From the NCBI GenBank assembly GCA_017532825.1, contig JAFXIT010000024.1, forward strand, positions 31,846 through 95,845: a stretch of 64,000 nt of DNA. The letters are read 5' to 3'. A model generated the notes under the pieces. It saw only the letters and a program-made list of their open reading frames with translations. It did not search any database and was not told the DNA's origin. The position numbers and the translations under genes are program-made. Origin of the DNA: Clostridia bacterium (GTDB taxonomy: Bacteria; Bacillota; Clostridia; Oscillospirales; QAMX01). Position 1 is the first letter of the stretch. Every line of letters begins with the position of its first letter. Below, one piece after another: positions 37,096-47,200 of the stretch.

Positions 37096-39030
37096 TCAGT
37101 ATACAAGGCATCCTACGGGGATGAAGTATATCTTCCCGCCCAGAACGAAGTAGGCGTTTTTCCAGTTTGTATTTCCGTCGGATGCAAGACGTGTCTTCAG
37201 CGGAGAGAGCATCACCACGTCCTCATAGGGACAGTCGTCTCTGTCGGTATCGATTATCCGTTCTCCCGAATATGCCGGACCCTTAAGGGATATCAGCTGT
37301 ACCCTGTAGTCATACCCCTCAATGCCGACGTATTGGGAAACGTATCCGTAGTCGGCCATCGTTTCATGACCCGCAAGCTCAAGCACCATGCGCTTATAGG
37401 TAAACACGTTGGGATTATAGGTGGGCGTACCGTAGTTTATCGCCTTTATAAAGCCGCCCTTTGAGCCGACCGCATCGGAGGTATCGTTAATCTCTATGTC
37501 CGACACCCTTACAAGTCTGTCGCCGACGTAGCCGATGTAGTCGGCGTGCGTTCCGTTGCTGTCTTTTCTGACGGTCGGCCCTTCGACGAGCCACACCACC
37601 GCCGACTCACCCTTATCAAGCTCAAGCTCGGGCGTAAGGTCTGTGACCTCCTGACCTGCGCCGACCGCAAAGCCCTCGTACATTTCCACGTAGCTTCTGA
37701 CCTTAAGGATCCTGTCTGCAAGGCCGTCGGAATCGGTGTCGACGGCTTCACCGTCAAGCTGGTCAAGGGTCGGAAGGGCGACCAGGGCATCCTCAAGTGC
37801 CTGCCTGCCCTCAAAGCGTATTATCGGGATATCAAGCCCTTCGGTGGAGAAGCCCTCGTCGGTATACATTCTCTCTGCAGCACCGACCGTCCTCGTCTCG
37901 CCCGTCAGAGCATCCACCGTAACGGCAGTGACCCTGCCGTCCTCGGCGGTACGGAAAAGCGTCTGAGCTCGGTTGCAAAGTATCACGCCGTCCTTATATG
38001 TAAGGGTCATGACGTCGTAGGGGTTGTTATCAAGGGTCAGCATATGCTCAAAGTCAACCACGTGCGAGGGCTCGGCACCGCCGTTGTCATAGACGTATAC
38101 CGTACCCTTGAGTACCGAGGTTATCTCCGAGAGCTTTAGGGTCTTTACGCTCCAGCCCTCGGTTATGACCGACGGGGGAACGATGTAGACCTTTCCGTTT
38201 TCGCCCTCGGCCTCTACCCAGCTGACCTCCTTGCGAAGAAGTGAGTAGCCCGGAGCAAGCTCGCCGAAATCGTAGCTTCTTCCGCTGACACCGACGTAGC
38301 CTCCCCTGCCGTCGGCAGAGATCAAGACGTCGGTCTTTACGACCTCCTCAATACTTCTTATGCCGAAAAGCACGTCTATAAGCATCCTGCCTGCAGGGTC
38401 GGTGGAATGCACCGATGCAAGGGCGTTTCCTATCATGACGGCAACGTTTTCTCTTGTGACGCCCGCTCCGTAGCCCTCGTCAGATACCCCGTTCAAAAGA
38501 CCGAGGATGTCCGAAAGGAGGGTGACGTTGCTTGCCCAGTAACACACACCCGCACTGCAGCCTGCGTGAAAGTCGGTCTCGGTATAACCAAGCAGCCTTA
38601 ACAGTACCGTAGCGCACTCGACTGCGCCTATCTCACTCTTGGGTCTCAGAGAACCGTCGGAGCTGCCTACGAAATACCCCTTTTCAAGGCAGTAGCCTGC
38701 ATAGGGATAGGCCCAGGAGGCTATTTTATCGGCATCGGGAACATTGGGGGCGTGCTCCTCCATAACAGCCGACCAGTAGCCCTGCTCAGCCTCGGTCATC
38801 CTGCCGCCGACGCTCGTCAGCGAGTAGACCACACGGAACATCTCCTCACGGGTGATGTTTGCATTCGGACGGAAGTTTACCCCGTCTCCACGCATAATGT
38901 CAAGGTCATACATAAGCTCGACTGCCTCTGCGGCAGAGGGAGATATTTTGTCTTTATCGGAATACGCCCCTGCGGCTGACACCGAGAGGATGATGCAAAG
39001 CGCTGCTGCGAGCGCCACGAACCGTTTCAT
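37096..39030 (-). CDS. Secreted SLH-domain cell-wall-associated protein
   Basis: Signal peptide MKRFVALAAALCIILSVSAAGA. There are two to three SLH-like repeats (e.g. FRPNANITREEMFRVVYSL; LRPKSEIGAVECATVLLRLLG). The large C-terminal region is of unknown family. Confidence 0.75.
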   Translation of the reverse strand: MKRFVALAAALCIILSVSAAGAYSDKDKISPSAAEAVELMYDLDIMRGDGVNFRPNANITREEMFRVVYSLTSVGGRMTEAEQGYWSAVMEEHAPNVPDADKIASWAYPYAGYCLEKGYFVGSSDGSLRPKSEIGAVECATVLLRLLGYTETDFHAGCSAGVCYWASNVTLLSDILGLLNGVSDEGYGAGVTRENVAVMIGNALASVHSTDPAGRMLIDVLFGIRSIEEVVKTDVLISADGRGGYVGVSGRSYDFGELAPGYSLLRKEVSWVEAEGENGKVYIVPPSVITEGWSVKTLKLSEITSVLKGTVYVYDNGGAEPSHVVDFEHMLTLDNNPYDVMTLTYKDGVILCNRAQTLFRTAEDGRVTAVTVDALTGETRTVGAAERMYTDEGFSTEGLDIPIIRFEGRQALEDALVALPTLDQLDGEAVDTDSDGLADRILKVRSYVEMYEGFAVGAGQEVTDLTPELELDKGESAVVWLVEGPTVRKDSNGTHADYIGYVGDRLVRVSDIEINDTSDAVGSKGGFIKAINYGTPTYNPNVFTYKRMVLELAGHETMADYGYVSQYVGIEGYDYRVQLISLKGPAYSGERIIDTDRDDCPYEDVVMLSPLKTRLASDGNTNWKNAYFVLGGKIYFIPVGCLVY

Positions 39031-39094
39031 TTAATACTGCTCCGCTCTTTAATATCGCACCGACAAACGGAGTATCCGTCGGCGGTACGTCTAT

Positions 39095-39123
39095 ATTATA
39101 TCTCCCGAAGGGGCGGTGTTCAA
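39095..39123 (-). promoter_or_regulatory. Promoter of the SLH protein gene
   Basis: Minus strand: TTGAAC (39123-39118), 17-nt spacer, TATAAT (39100-39095). Confidence 0.65.
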
Positions 39124-39215
39124 CACTCTTGCCGCAGATGTAACAAAACTGTAACACCCTTCGGGTCCGTTTTCGTATCAAAGGACGTATTTTTTCATTT
39201 TAGGCGGTTTTTCTC

Positions 39216-39243
39216 TTTACAAAACGGCAAAATGTGGTATAAT
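39216..39243 (+). promoter_or_regulatory. Promoter of the NifU-like/GGGtGRT operon
   Basis: TTTACA, 16-nt spacer, TATAAT preceded by TGG. Confidence 0.7.
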
Positions 39244-39280
39244 ATGCTGTAGGCTATTTTAGTGTCAAAGGAGCTTATTG

Positions 39281-39973
39281 ATGAATTACTCACATGAAGT
39301 CGAAAACATGTGCGTCGTCGCCAAGGGCTGCGACCACGGTCCCGCTCCCATTCCCGAAGAGGGCAAATGGGTACAATCCAAGCAGATCAGCGATATCTCC
39401 GGCCTGTCCCACGGTATCGGCTGGTGCGCTCCCCAGCAGGGCGCCTGCAAGCTCACCCTTAACGTCAAGAACGGTATAATCGAGGAAGCTCTGGTTGAAA
39501 CACTGGGCTGCTCGGGTATGACCCACTCTGCCGCTATGGCCGCTGAGATCCTCCAGGGCAAGACCCTTCTCGAGGCTCTCAACACCGACCTCGTCTGCGA
39601 CGCTATCAACGTTGCTATGCGCGAGATCTTCAAGCAGCTGGCCTACGGCCGCACCCAGACCGCATTCTCCGAAGGCGGACTGCCTGTCGGCGCCTCCCTG
39701 GAAGACCTCGGTAAGGGCCTTCGTTCCCAGGTCGGTACTATGTTCGGCACCAAGCTCAAGGGTGTACGTTACCTTGAGATGTCCGAGGGCTACGTCCTCG
39801 AGATCGCCCTTGACAAGAACAAGGAAGTCATCGGCTACAAGTTCGTCCACATCGGCAAGATGATGGAAGCCATCCGCAACGGCGTTGACCCCAAGGTCGC
39901 CTACGAGAAGAACATCGGAACCTACGGCCGCTTTGCCGACGCAGATTCCTATATCGATCCCAGAAAGGCTTAA
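39281..39973 (+). CDS. NifU/IscU-like scaffold-domain protein of the type found next to GGGtGRT genes
   Basis: Start at ATG 39281, 7 nt after AAGGAG. Cys residues lie in AKGCDHG, GWCAPQQGAC and ETLGCSGMTHSAAMAAEIL (IscU-like). Confidence 0.65.
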   Translation: MNYSHEVENMCVVAKGCDHGPAPIPEEGKWVQSKQISDISGLSHGIGWCAPQQGACKLTLNVKNGIIEEALVETLGCSGMTHSAAMAAEILQGKTLLEALNTDLVCDAINVAMREIFKQLAYGRTQTAFSEGGLPVGASLEDLGKGLRSQVGTMFGTKLKGVRYLEMSEGYVLEIALDKNKEVIGYKFVHIGKMMEAIRNGVDPKVAYEKNIGTYGRFADADSYIDPRKA

Positions 39974-39986
39974 GGAGGGTTTTAAA

Positions 39987-40985
39987 ATGCTGTTTGAGAA
40001 CTATAAAAGAAGAATCGAAAAGATTCAGAAGACCCTCGACGAATACGGCATCGCCAAGATCGAAGACGCCCGTGACATCTGCCTGGAAAAGGGCATCGAC
40101 GTCGAAAATATAGTTAAGGGCATCCAGCCCATCGCATTTGACAACGCCGTTTGGGCCTACACCCTCGGCTGCGCCGTCGCCATCAAGAAGGGCGTTAAGA
40201 CCGCCGCTGAGGCCGCCGAGGCCATCGGTATCGGCCTGCAGGCCTTCTGCGTCCCCGGCTCCGTCGCCGAGACCCGTGCCGTCGGCCTTGGTCACGGCAA
40301 CCTCGCCGCCATGCTGCTTCGTGAAGAGACCGAGTGCTTCTGCTTCCTCGCAGGCCACGAGTCCTTTGCAGCCGCCGAAGGCGCCATCGGCATCGCCCGT
40401 ACCGCCAACAAGGTCCGCACCAAGCCCCTGCGCGTTATCCTCAACGGTCTGGGCAAGGATGCTGCCTATATCATCTCCAGAATCAACGGCTTTACCTACG
40501 TAGAGACCGAGTATGACTTCGCCACCGATACCGTTTCGATAAAGCGCAAGGTCAAGTTCTCCGAGGGTGAGCGTTCCGCCATCAACTGCTACGGTGCCAA
40601 CGACGTCCTCGAGGGCGTCTCCATCATGCGTCTTGAATCGGTCGACGTTTCCATCACCGGTAACTCCACCAACCCCACCCGCTTCCAGCACCTCGTCGCA
40701 GGTACCTACAAGAAGTGGGCCAACGAGAACGGCAGAAAGTACTTCTCCGTCGCCTCCGGCGGCGGCACCGGCCGTACTCTCCATCCCGACAACATGGCCG
40801 CAGGCCCCGCTTCCTACGGTCTGACCGACTCCATGGGCAGAATGCACGGTGACGCCCAGTTCGCCGGTTCTTCCTCCGTCCCCGCTCACGTCGAGATGAT
40901 GGGTCTCATCGGCGCCGGCAACAACCCGATGGTCGGTATGACCGTCGCCTGCGCTGTTGCTGTCAACCAGGCTCTCTGCAAGTAA
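39987..40985 (+). CDS. GGGtGRT-family protein (function unknown)
   Basis: 332 aa from ATG 39987 after AAGGAGGG. It has the literal family signature SGGGTGRTLHPDNMAAGPASYG. Confidence 0.85.
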   Translation: MLFENYKRRIEKIQKTLDEYGIAKIEDARDICLEKGIDVENIVKGIQPIAFDNAVWAYTLGCAVAIKKGVKTAAEAAEAIGIGLQAFCVPGSVAETRAVGLGHGNLAAMLLREETECFCFLAGHESFAAAEGAIGIARTANKVRTKPLRVILNGLGKDAAYIISRINGFTYVETEYDFATDTVSIKRKVKFSEGERSAINCYGANDVLEGVSIMRLESVDVSITGNSTNPTRFQHLVAGTYKKWANENGRKYFSVASGGGTGRTLHPDNMAAGPASYGLTDSMGRMHGDAQFAGSSSVPAHVEMMGLIGAGNNPMVGMTVACAVAVNQALCK

Positions 40986-41020
40986 TTATCGGTCTTAATT
41001 CAAAGATCAAATAACAAAAA

Positions 41021-41062
41021 GGACACATCATTTGTTTTCAAGTGATGTGTCCATTTCTTTTG
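41021..41062 (+). terminator. Terminator after the GGGtGRT gene
   Basis: GGACACATCA, 12-nt loop, TGATGTGTCC, then ATTTCTTTTGT. Confidence 0.7.
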
Positions 41063-41160
41063 TGCCGCACAGCCGATTTTGCATCGCATATTGTCTTTCT
41101 TCCCTGCGCTATGCTATAATAAAGGCAGGTTTGAAAATCCCTCTTTACGGAGGCAAGATC

Positions 41161-42807
41161 ATGAAAAACAAATTCTGTTTCTTTCATCCCTATCACCCTA
41201 CGACCTGGCAGGCAATGATCGATTGCGGTCTGATCAAGGACGGGGACGGGGTCAAGTTCAGTCAAAGTCTTCTCATTAATGAAAAATACAAGTTCAATAC
41301 CCTTGCCGCAAAGGGCACAGAGCTTTATAACTACCTAAACGACACCGGAGCTCCCTTCTACATCGACCGTTTGCAGGGCGGCTGCTATATTGAGGAATAT
41401 CCTTACGATATGGCACTGATAGAGGAATACCGCTCGATGCTCGGCGAGCGTTTTATGGGTTGGCAGATGCACGAGTGGCTCTCTAATTACCGCTCGGACC
41501 TTTATAAAACCGAAGCCCTGTCGGACACGGAGCACAAGGACCCCGAGGCTGTCAAGCGCCACATCTTCAAGAAATTCCCCTACCCCTGCCTCTTCCTTGA
41601 GTCCATGTCAGCCCAAGAGATGGCAGAATTTGGAAAGCCCAACGGCGTTGATGAATTCAAGCAGAATATGTACAGTATCTACAAAAAGAGATTGCGTACA
41701 CACGGTGAGCTTATCCCCTGCGACAGCGCCTTTCTGGCCTACGAATTTGAGTTCAAAAACGGCGCACATACCGTTATGCCCGAGGTCGGTGCACAGAGTG
41801 CCGATGCACGTATGCAGGTCTGCTATGCACGTGGCGAGGCAAAGGGATACGGCCGTGATTTCGGCGTCTATTACGAGCCGTGGGGAGGCTCTCCCTTCTC
41901 GGCCTGCTGCTATCACCGTGACGGCAAAAACGAATGGGGCATCGGTGAAAGCAAGGACTTTCCGTTCGAAACCAAGGGTGTAAACGGCGGAAGCTCCCGC
42001 TCGCTGCAATGGCGCATATTCCTCTACGGTTATCTCAACAATGCCTCGATGATGGCCGAGGAATGGGGTCTTTGCAACACCTTCGAGGATTGGGATACCT
42101 TTAAGCTGTCCGATTACGGGCGTGTCAAGCTCGATTTTTTGAACTTTACCCGCAAATACACCGACGTGGGCGAAAAGCTTGCCCCCGCGGCCGTAGTGTT
42201 GCCAAAAGAGCTTGACGTACTGGAGAATATTCGTGATACAAGGCGCCATTGCGGTTACGAGCTGTCAAGTGAAGTTCAAGGCATCAAGCTTGAGCATATA
42301 AAAAACAGCGTCAGACGTGTCTTTTCCGATCACACCGAGTTTATGGGCACGGAGTGTCAAACGCTTATTAACAGCAATATGCCCGACGCCGTGGATATGC
42401 TCAACGCAGGTGCTGAAAAGGCCGCCGCCATTGATTCCTATGAATATCTCGTCGATCTCACAGGAGACAGCAATTTTTCCCTCGTCCATCCCAATTGCGT
42501 AAAAATCGACGAGCTTGAGCAGCTCCTTCGAGATACCCTGCCCTGCACCGTAGAAGGGCTTCACTGGTTTGTAAACAGACGCATAGGCGGCGGATACTAC
42601 CTTACCGTTTTCAACAACATCGGTATCGAGCGTACCGTAGAGAATGGTGAGATAAGGCTTCCCCAAGCCGCAAGGACGGCAAAGGCCGTTTTCAAAAACG
42701 GTGCCGTCCCCAAGCTTTTGGAAGGTGACGGAAGTCTTACTCCCTGCGGAAACGGCTACGCTCTTACCCTTCCGGCGGGAGGATATGCATTCATTTATTT
42801 TGCATAA
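41161..42807 (+). CDS. Uncharacterised cytoplasmic protein (548 aa), possibly a carbohydrate-active enzyme by context
   Basis: Start at MKNKFCFFHPYHP after GGAGG. No signal peptide and no family recognised. It lies upstream of the alpha-galactosidase remnant and the GH38 pair. Confidence 0.55.
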   Translation: MKNKFCFFHPYHPTTWQAMIDCGLIKDGDGVKFSQSLLINEKYKFNTLAAKGTELYNYLNDTGAPFYIDRLQGGCYIEEYPYDMALIEEYRSMLGERFMGWQMHEWLSNYRSDLYKTEALSDTEHKDPEAVKRHIFKKFPYPCLFLESMSAQEMAEFGKPNGVDEFKQNMYSIYKKRLRTHGELIPCDSAFLAYEFEFKNGAHTVMPEVGAQSADARMQVCYARGEAKGYGRDFGVYYEPWGGSPFSACCYHRDGKNEWGIGESKDFPFETKGVNGGSSRSLQWRIFLYGYLNNASMMAEEWGLCNTFEDWDTFKLSDYGRVKLDFLNFTRKYTDVGEKLAPAAVVLPKELDVLENIRDTRRHCGYELSSEVQGIKLEHIKNSVRRVFSDHTEFMGTECQTLINSNMPDAVDMLNAGAEKAAAIDSYEYLVDLTGDSNFSLVHPNCVKIDELEQLLRDTLPCTVEGLHWFVNRRIGGGYYLTVFNNIGIERTVENGEIRLPQAARTAKAVFKNGAVPKLLEGDGSLTPCGNGYALTLPAGGYAFIYFA

Positions 42808-42880
42808 GCGTCGGTATGACCGTTTGTATTTACAGTCATCCGTATATTGCTATCATAAAACCCAAGGTGGGCCTTTGAAT

Positions 42881-43486
42881 ATGGAAAATTCTTTTTGCGA
42901 AGTCGGCACACCCATCGTTCTGGAGGGTGAGCATTGGACCGTCACTGCCATCAAGCTTAATGCCCTGACCGACGAGATCGATACGCTCGTCAATAAAAAC
43001 ACCTACCATCTGTTTAAGGGAAGAGTAGCCCAAAAGGTTTCGTGAAATATATTCTTCCTTGAAGGTATCCTCGATGGCAATGCATACGTGATCCTGACTG
43101 ATTGTCCCGATTTTGAGACCGCCATTCTGGATATCAGCAATTACAACGTGACCGTAAGCTGCGGCACGAATCCATATACCGTTGCCAAATGCAGGGCAGG
43201 AGAATGCGAGAGGGTCTGCCGTGAGATCTATCGCAAAAGGATGCACAAAAACGAGCCTGTAACCATGTCAAACACATGGGGAGACCGCAACGGCTTTAAG
43301 CGTGTCTGCGAGGAGTTTGTTTTAAGGGAAATAGACAAGGCCTGCAGCTTGGGCATTGACATCGTGCAGATAGATGACGGTTGGCAGTTTGGAAGCACTG
43401 CCGTATGCTCAACGTCGGCGGTCAGAACGTCAGTATGTATATCCCCGACTGGGGCGGTTGATGCTCCGCAGCAGTTTTTTCCGTAA
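42881..43486 (+). pseudogene. Alpha-galactosidase-like (clan GH-D) gene remnant with an in-frame TGA and a 3' truncation
   Basis: ORFs 42881-43045 and 43088-43486 are in the same frame, separated by TGA 43043-43045. SNTWGDRNGF...LGIDIVQIDDGWQ is the catalytic-barrel start. Similarity stops right after DDGWQ and the frame ends 30 codons later at a terminator. Confidence 0.65.
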
Positions 43487-43504
43487 AAGTTTTCGGCCAA
43501 GCAT

Positions 43505-43536
43505 AAAAAAACGGGCTCTTTCGAGCCCGTTTTTGT
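43505..43536. terminator. Bidirectional terminator (alpha-gal remnant / hypothetical)
   Basis: AAAAAAACGGGCTC-TTTC-GAGCCCGTTTTT. Confidence 0.85.
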
Positions 43537-44067
43537 TTAGCGTATGTATCTGAGTGTTTCCAGTACGTCGGAGACGTTATCCTCATTGATGGCATCGCTA
43601 TCGGTCAGGACGCTTATGACGTCCAGTGCGAAGGTGTCCTTCACATTCGTCTGCGCTTCGATCGCTTTGGTATAAAAATCGATCAGCCTGCGGTTAGTCT
43701 CCTCACGGCATTTGACCATCTGCGCAAGTGCGTTTGCCTTGCCTTGAGCACCGATGTCGCCGGGTCCGTTTACGGTTATGGCGTTGATGCTTTCGACCGC
43801 CTTAAGAATGTACTCGCTGTCCTTGCGGATGGCTTCAAGCTGCTCCAGGCAGTACTGTACGCTTATCTGCGAAGCAGGTATTTCAGGTATTCCCATTTTT
43901 GTTTCCTCCAAATCGTTTTTCGGAGGGCACGCAAGGCATATGGTATGCTCGTCTATGAAGCGTGCCCTGCCGTTTTTAACAAGACCCCTTGCCCGTTTGG
44001 GGTAGGTAGCTTCATATTCGTTTCCGTTTTCATCTACAACAACTACGTTTTTTTCGATGGGTGTCAT
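43537..44067 (-). CDS. Hypothetical protein
   Basis: 176 aa. N-terminal YPKRARGLVKNGRARFIDEHTICL, with a helical C-terminal half. It has its own strong promoter (44132-44160) and an AAGGGGG RBS. Confidence 0.55.
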   Translation of the reverse strand: MTPIEKNVVVVDENGNEYEATYPKRARGLVKNGRARFIDEHTICLACPPKNDLEETKMGIPEIPASQISVQYCLEQLEAIRKDSEYILKAVESINAITVNGPGDIGAQGKANALAQMVKCREETNRRLIDFYTKAIEAQTNVKDTFALDVISVLTDSDAINEDNVSDVLETLRYIR

Positions 44068-44131
44068 CCCCCTTGATGCAGATAACGTAAGTCCGTTTTT
44101 TGTTATGGGTGCCGTCCCCTCTTACCCCTTT

Positions 44132-44160
44132 AGTTTACCACATCCCCCAAGGATTGTCAA
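44132..44160 (-). promoter_or_regulatory. Promoter of the hypothetical gene 43537-44067
   Basis: Minus strand: TTGACA, 17-nt spacer, TAAACT preceded by TGG. Confidence 0.65.
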
Positions 44161-44182
44161 CACGGCTCCTCCCTCCGTTAAT

Positions 44183-44217
44183 AAAAAAGCCGTTCCGAGG
44201 CTCGGAACGGCTTTTTA
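44183..44217 (-). terminator. Terminator after the GH38 pair
   Basis: AAAAAAGCCGTTCCGAG-G-CTCGGAACGGCTTTTT. Confidence 0.8.
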
Positions 44218-47200
44218 TTACTTTGCGGGGGTGATACGCAGGGTGACGATGTCGAAGGGACGGAGGGTCAGCTCCACGCTGCGCTTTTCGGGTGCGAGGG
44301 TCTGATAGACCTCGTCCTCCATAAGCGAGACGACCTCGACCGCTTCTACGTCAAAGCCGAAGCGCACGGTAGTGTCGGTACGGGAATTGGTCTGCTCGTT
44401 GAGGCGGACTATGACATGTCCGTCGTCCTCGGCACGCTTTACCGCACCGATGGCAACGTTTGAGCTGTCGCAGGAGACAAAGGAATACTCGCTTGGCAGT
44501 ACTCCGTCGGGATTTGCACCGACGACCACAGCCTCAAGCGGACAGTTAAGTCCGTAGGCCTGCCTTGTTACGCCGCCCTCGGCGTAGTTGCCGACGTGGG
44601 GCATAATGGAATAGGTAAACCTGTGTGCGCCCTTGTCGGCCATGGGGTCGGGAGCGGTCGGACAGCGAAGCAGGGAGATAGACAGGTCTCCGCCCAGGCA
44701 GGCATATCCGTACTTGCAGTCGTTGAGGACCGCCAGACCGTAGCCGGAGTCGGAAATGTCGGCAAACTTGTGGCCGCAGACCTCAAACTTGGAAAACTCC
44801 CAGGAGGTATTGCGGTTGTTTTCACGCTCAAGGGTACCAAACTGTGTGTCGTAGGTGGCGTGATTGGTCTGCACGGTGGTGGGGAAATGGGCCCTAAGGA
44901 GGGTATGCTCATCCTGCCAATCGGCCTCGGTGACGATGTCTATACGGGAAATATCACGGTAGAAGAACATATCAAACCGCATGCTCGATGCACAGTAGCG
45001 TCTCTCGGTACGGAAGCGGGCGAATACCGGTCCGTTTTCGACGAGCTCGCAGGAAAGCGTTTCGGGAATATAACCCTGCTCGGTGTAATAGGGGGCTACC
45101 TCCCAGGCATCGTGATCGTAGGGACGGTCGACGTAAGCAACGACGTGATTGAGGGTCTTTCCCTTTTCACACAGCTCGATGCCGACCGACTTTTCAACAA
45201 GCGAAGACAGCTCGCCGTTTTCGTCGAGCACGAAGCGGTAGAAGGGGCTCTCGTAGACTCCGTTTTCGAGCTTGAGTGTGGGCTCTGCATCAATATTTTT
45301 GTCCGAAAGCTCAAAGCTCCTCCAGCCCTTTGAGGGAACACCCTTTGCAGCGAACCAGGTCTTGCCCTGAGAGGTCTGTGAAGGAATATCCTTTACACAG
45401 ATAGAACCCTCTACCGAGACGATATCGTCCCTTCCGTCAACACCCGTATCGTTGAACACGACCACTGAATCGGAATCTCTCTTTGCGGCGGCGACCAGCT
45501 CTCCGAGCTTGCCGTCTGCGACGGCGTTACCGTCAGAGAGTATTTCGGCGTATTCACGGTCGGAATCCTCATAGACCTGGTGGATGGACGAGCCGGGGAG
45601 TATATCGTGGAACTGGTTGGTAAGGATCCTCTTCCAGTTTTTATCGAAGAGGGCCTTGGGATAGTCGCCCGAAAGCAGGAGGCTATCCATTACCGACAGG
45701 AGCTCCGCCTTTTCGTAGAGGAACTCCGATTTGCGGTTGTTGCGCTTATTCTTTGCCTGGCTTGTGAGCGTACCGCGGTGGAATTCGAGGTAGAGCTCGC
45801 CTACCCATCTGGGAAGGAAGGGGTTATTTTCGAGCTCCTTGCTCCACTTTTTAAAGTAGTTACCTGCCGCCTCGAAGCGGACCTTAGGCACACCGGGTAT
45901 ACCCTTTGCCATACGCTTGCCGTTTTCAAGCATCTGTCGGTCGGTACCGCCGCCGCCGTCGCCCCAGCCTACGCTGCAGAGGACCTCGTTGCAGATGTCC
46001 TTATGGGTAAATCTTTCCCACGAGCCCATTATCTGGTTGGGATTGAGGTTACCGTTGTAGGTGGTAAAGCTGTTGCCGCTTCGGGCATTGAGATAGTCTC
46101 CGCAGGTGATAAAGTGCGAGAACACCTCGCTGCCGTCAAGACCCTCCCACATAAAGGTATCCATAGGCATCTTATCGTGGTTGTTCCAGGATATCTTGGT
46201 GGTCATAAAGTAGTCCATACCGGACTTTTTGAGTATCTGGGGCAGTGCCGAGCTGTATCCGAAGACGTCGGGAAGCCAGAGTATCCTGCAGTCTACGCCA
46301 AACTCCTCCTTGAAAAAGCGTTTGCCGTAGAGGAACTGTCTTACAAAGCCCTCGCCCGAGGTGAGGTTACAGTCGGCTTCGACCCACATTCCGCCCTCGA
46401 CCTCCCAGCGGCCGTCCTTTACGGCCTGCTTGAGACGCTCGTAGAGCTCGGGATGGTCCTGCTTTATCCACTCGTAGATGCAGGCCTGGGAGGACATAAA
46501 CTTAAAGTCGGGGTATTCCTCCATAAATTTGAGCATATTGGCAAAGGTACGTGCCGTCTTTTCACGGGTCTGCTTCATTCTCCAAAGCCAAGCCACGTCA
46601 AGATGGGTATGTCCTATGCACTGGGCAAGCACCTGCGGCTCCTTGTCGCAAAGCTTTTGGTAAAACTCCCTTTGCATATACTCCTTGGCCTGCTTTACGC
46701 TTTCGTAGAACTCCTTGGAGCCCGAAGCACGCAGGTCGATCATATTTACGGTGCGGTCAACGATGTACTCTATCTCGTTTTTGGGACCGAATCCGTCGTC
46801 GAGGTACTCCCAAACGTCGATGGGAACCTTTACGTCGTAGTAAAATTCCTCGATCTCGGGGTCGTAGGAGGCGATGTAGGAGGAGAACATCAGTCTCTTC
46901 TCCGCCGCCTCACAGTAGCCCTTGAGTGCGATATAGTACTTTTTGCCCGCCTCGGCCGAGGGGGTCAGCAGAAATTCGGTGTGGTTTCTGTCCAGCGCCG
47001 AAACAAGACTGCCGTCGATAAAGACCGTAAAGTTGGGGTTAGTATCGTCCCAACCTGCGTAAGGGGCTGTGCGGGCATAGAAGCGCACGGGCTGTCCCGC
47101 CATTCTTTGGGGTATCTCCACCTCGCGCACAAGCCAGAAGTAGTTGGCATATCCGCCGTAGGTGTCGGCACCCTCGGGAAGCAGCTCCCAAGAGCTCAGA

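Noticed and set aside
43043-43045. In-frame TGA in the alpha-galactosidase-like gene as selenocysteine or programmed read-through.
   Set aside because: I saw no SECIS-like hairpin directly downstream. The position is not a catalytic Cys site, and the gene is also truncated at its 3' end, so plain decay is the simpler reading.
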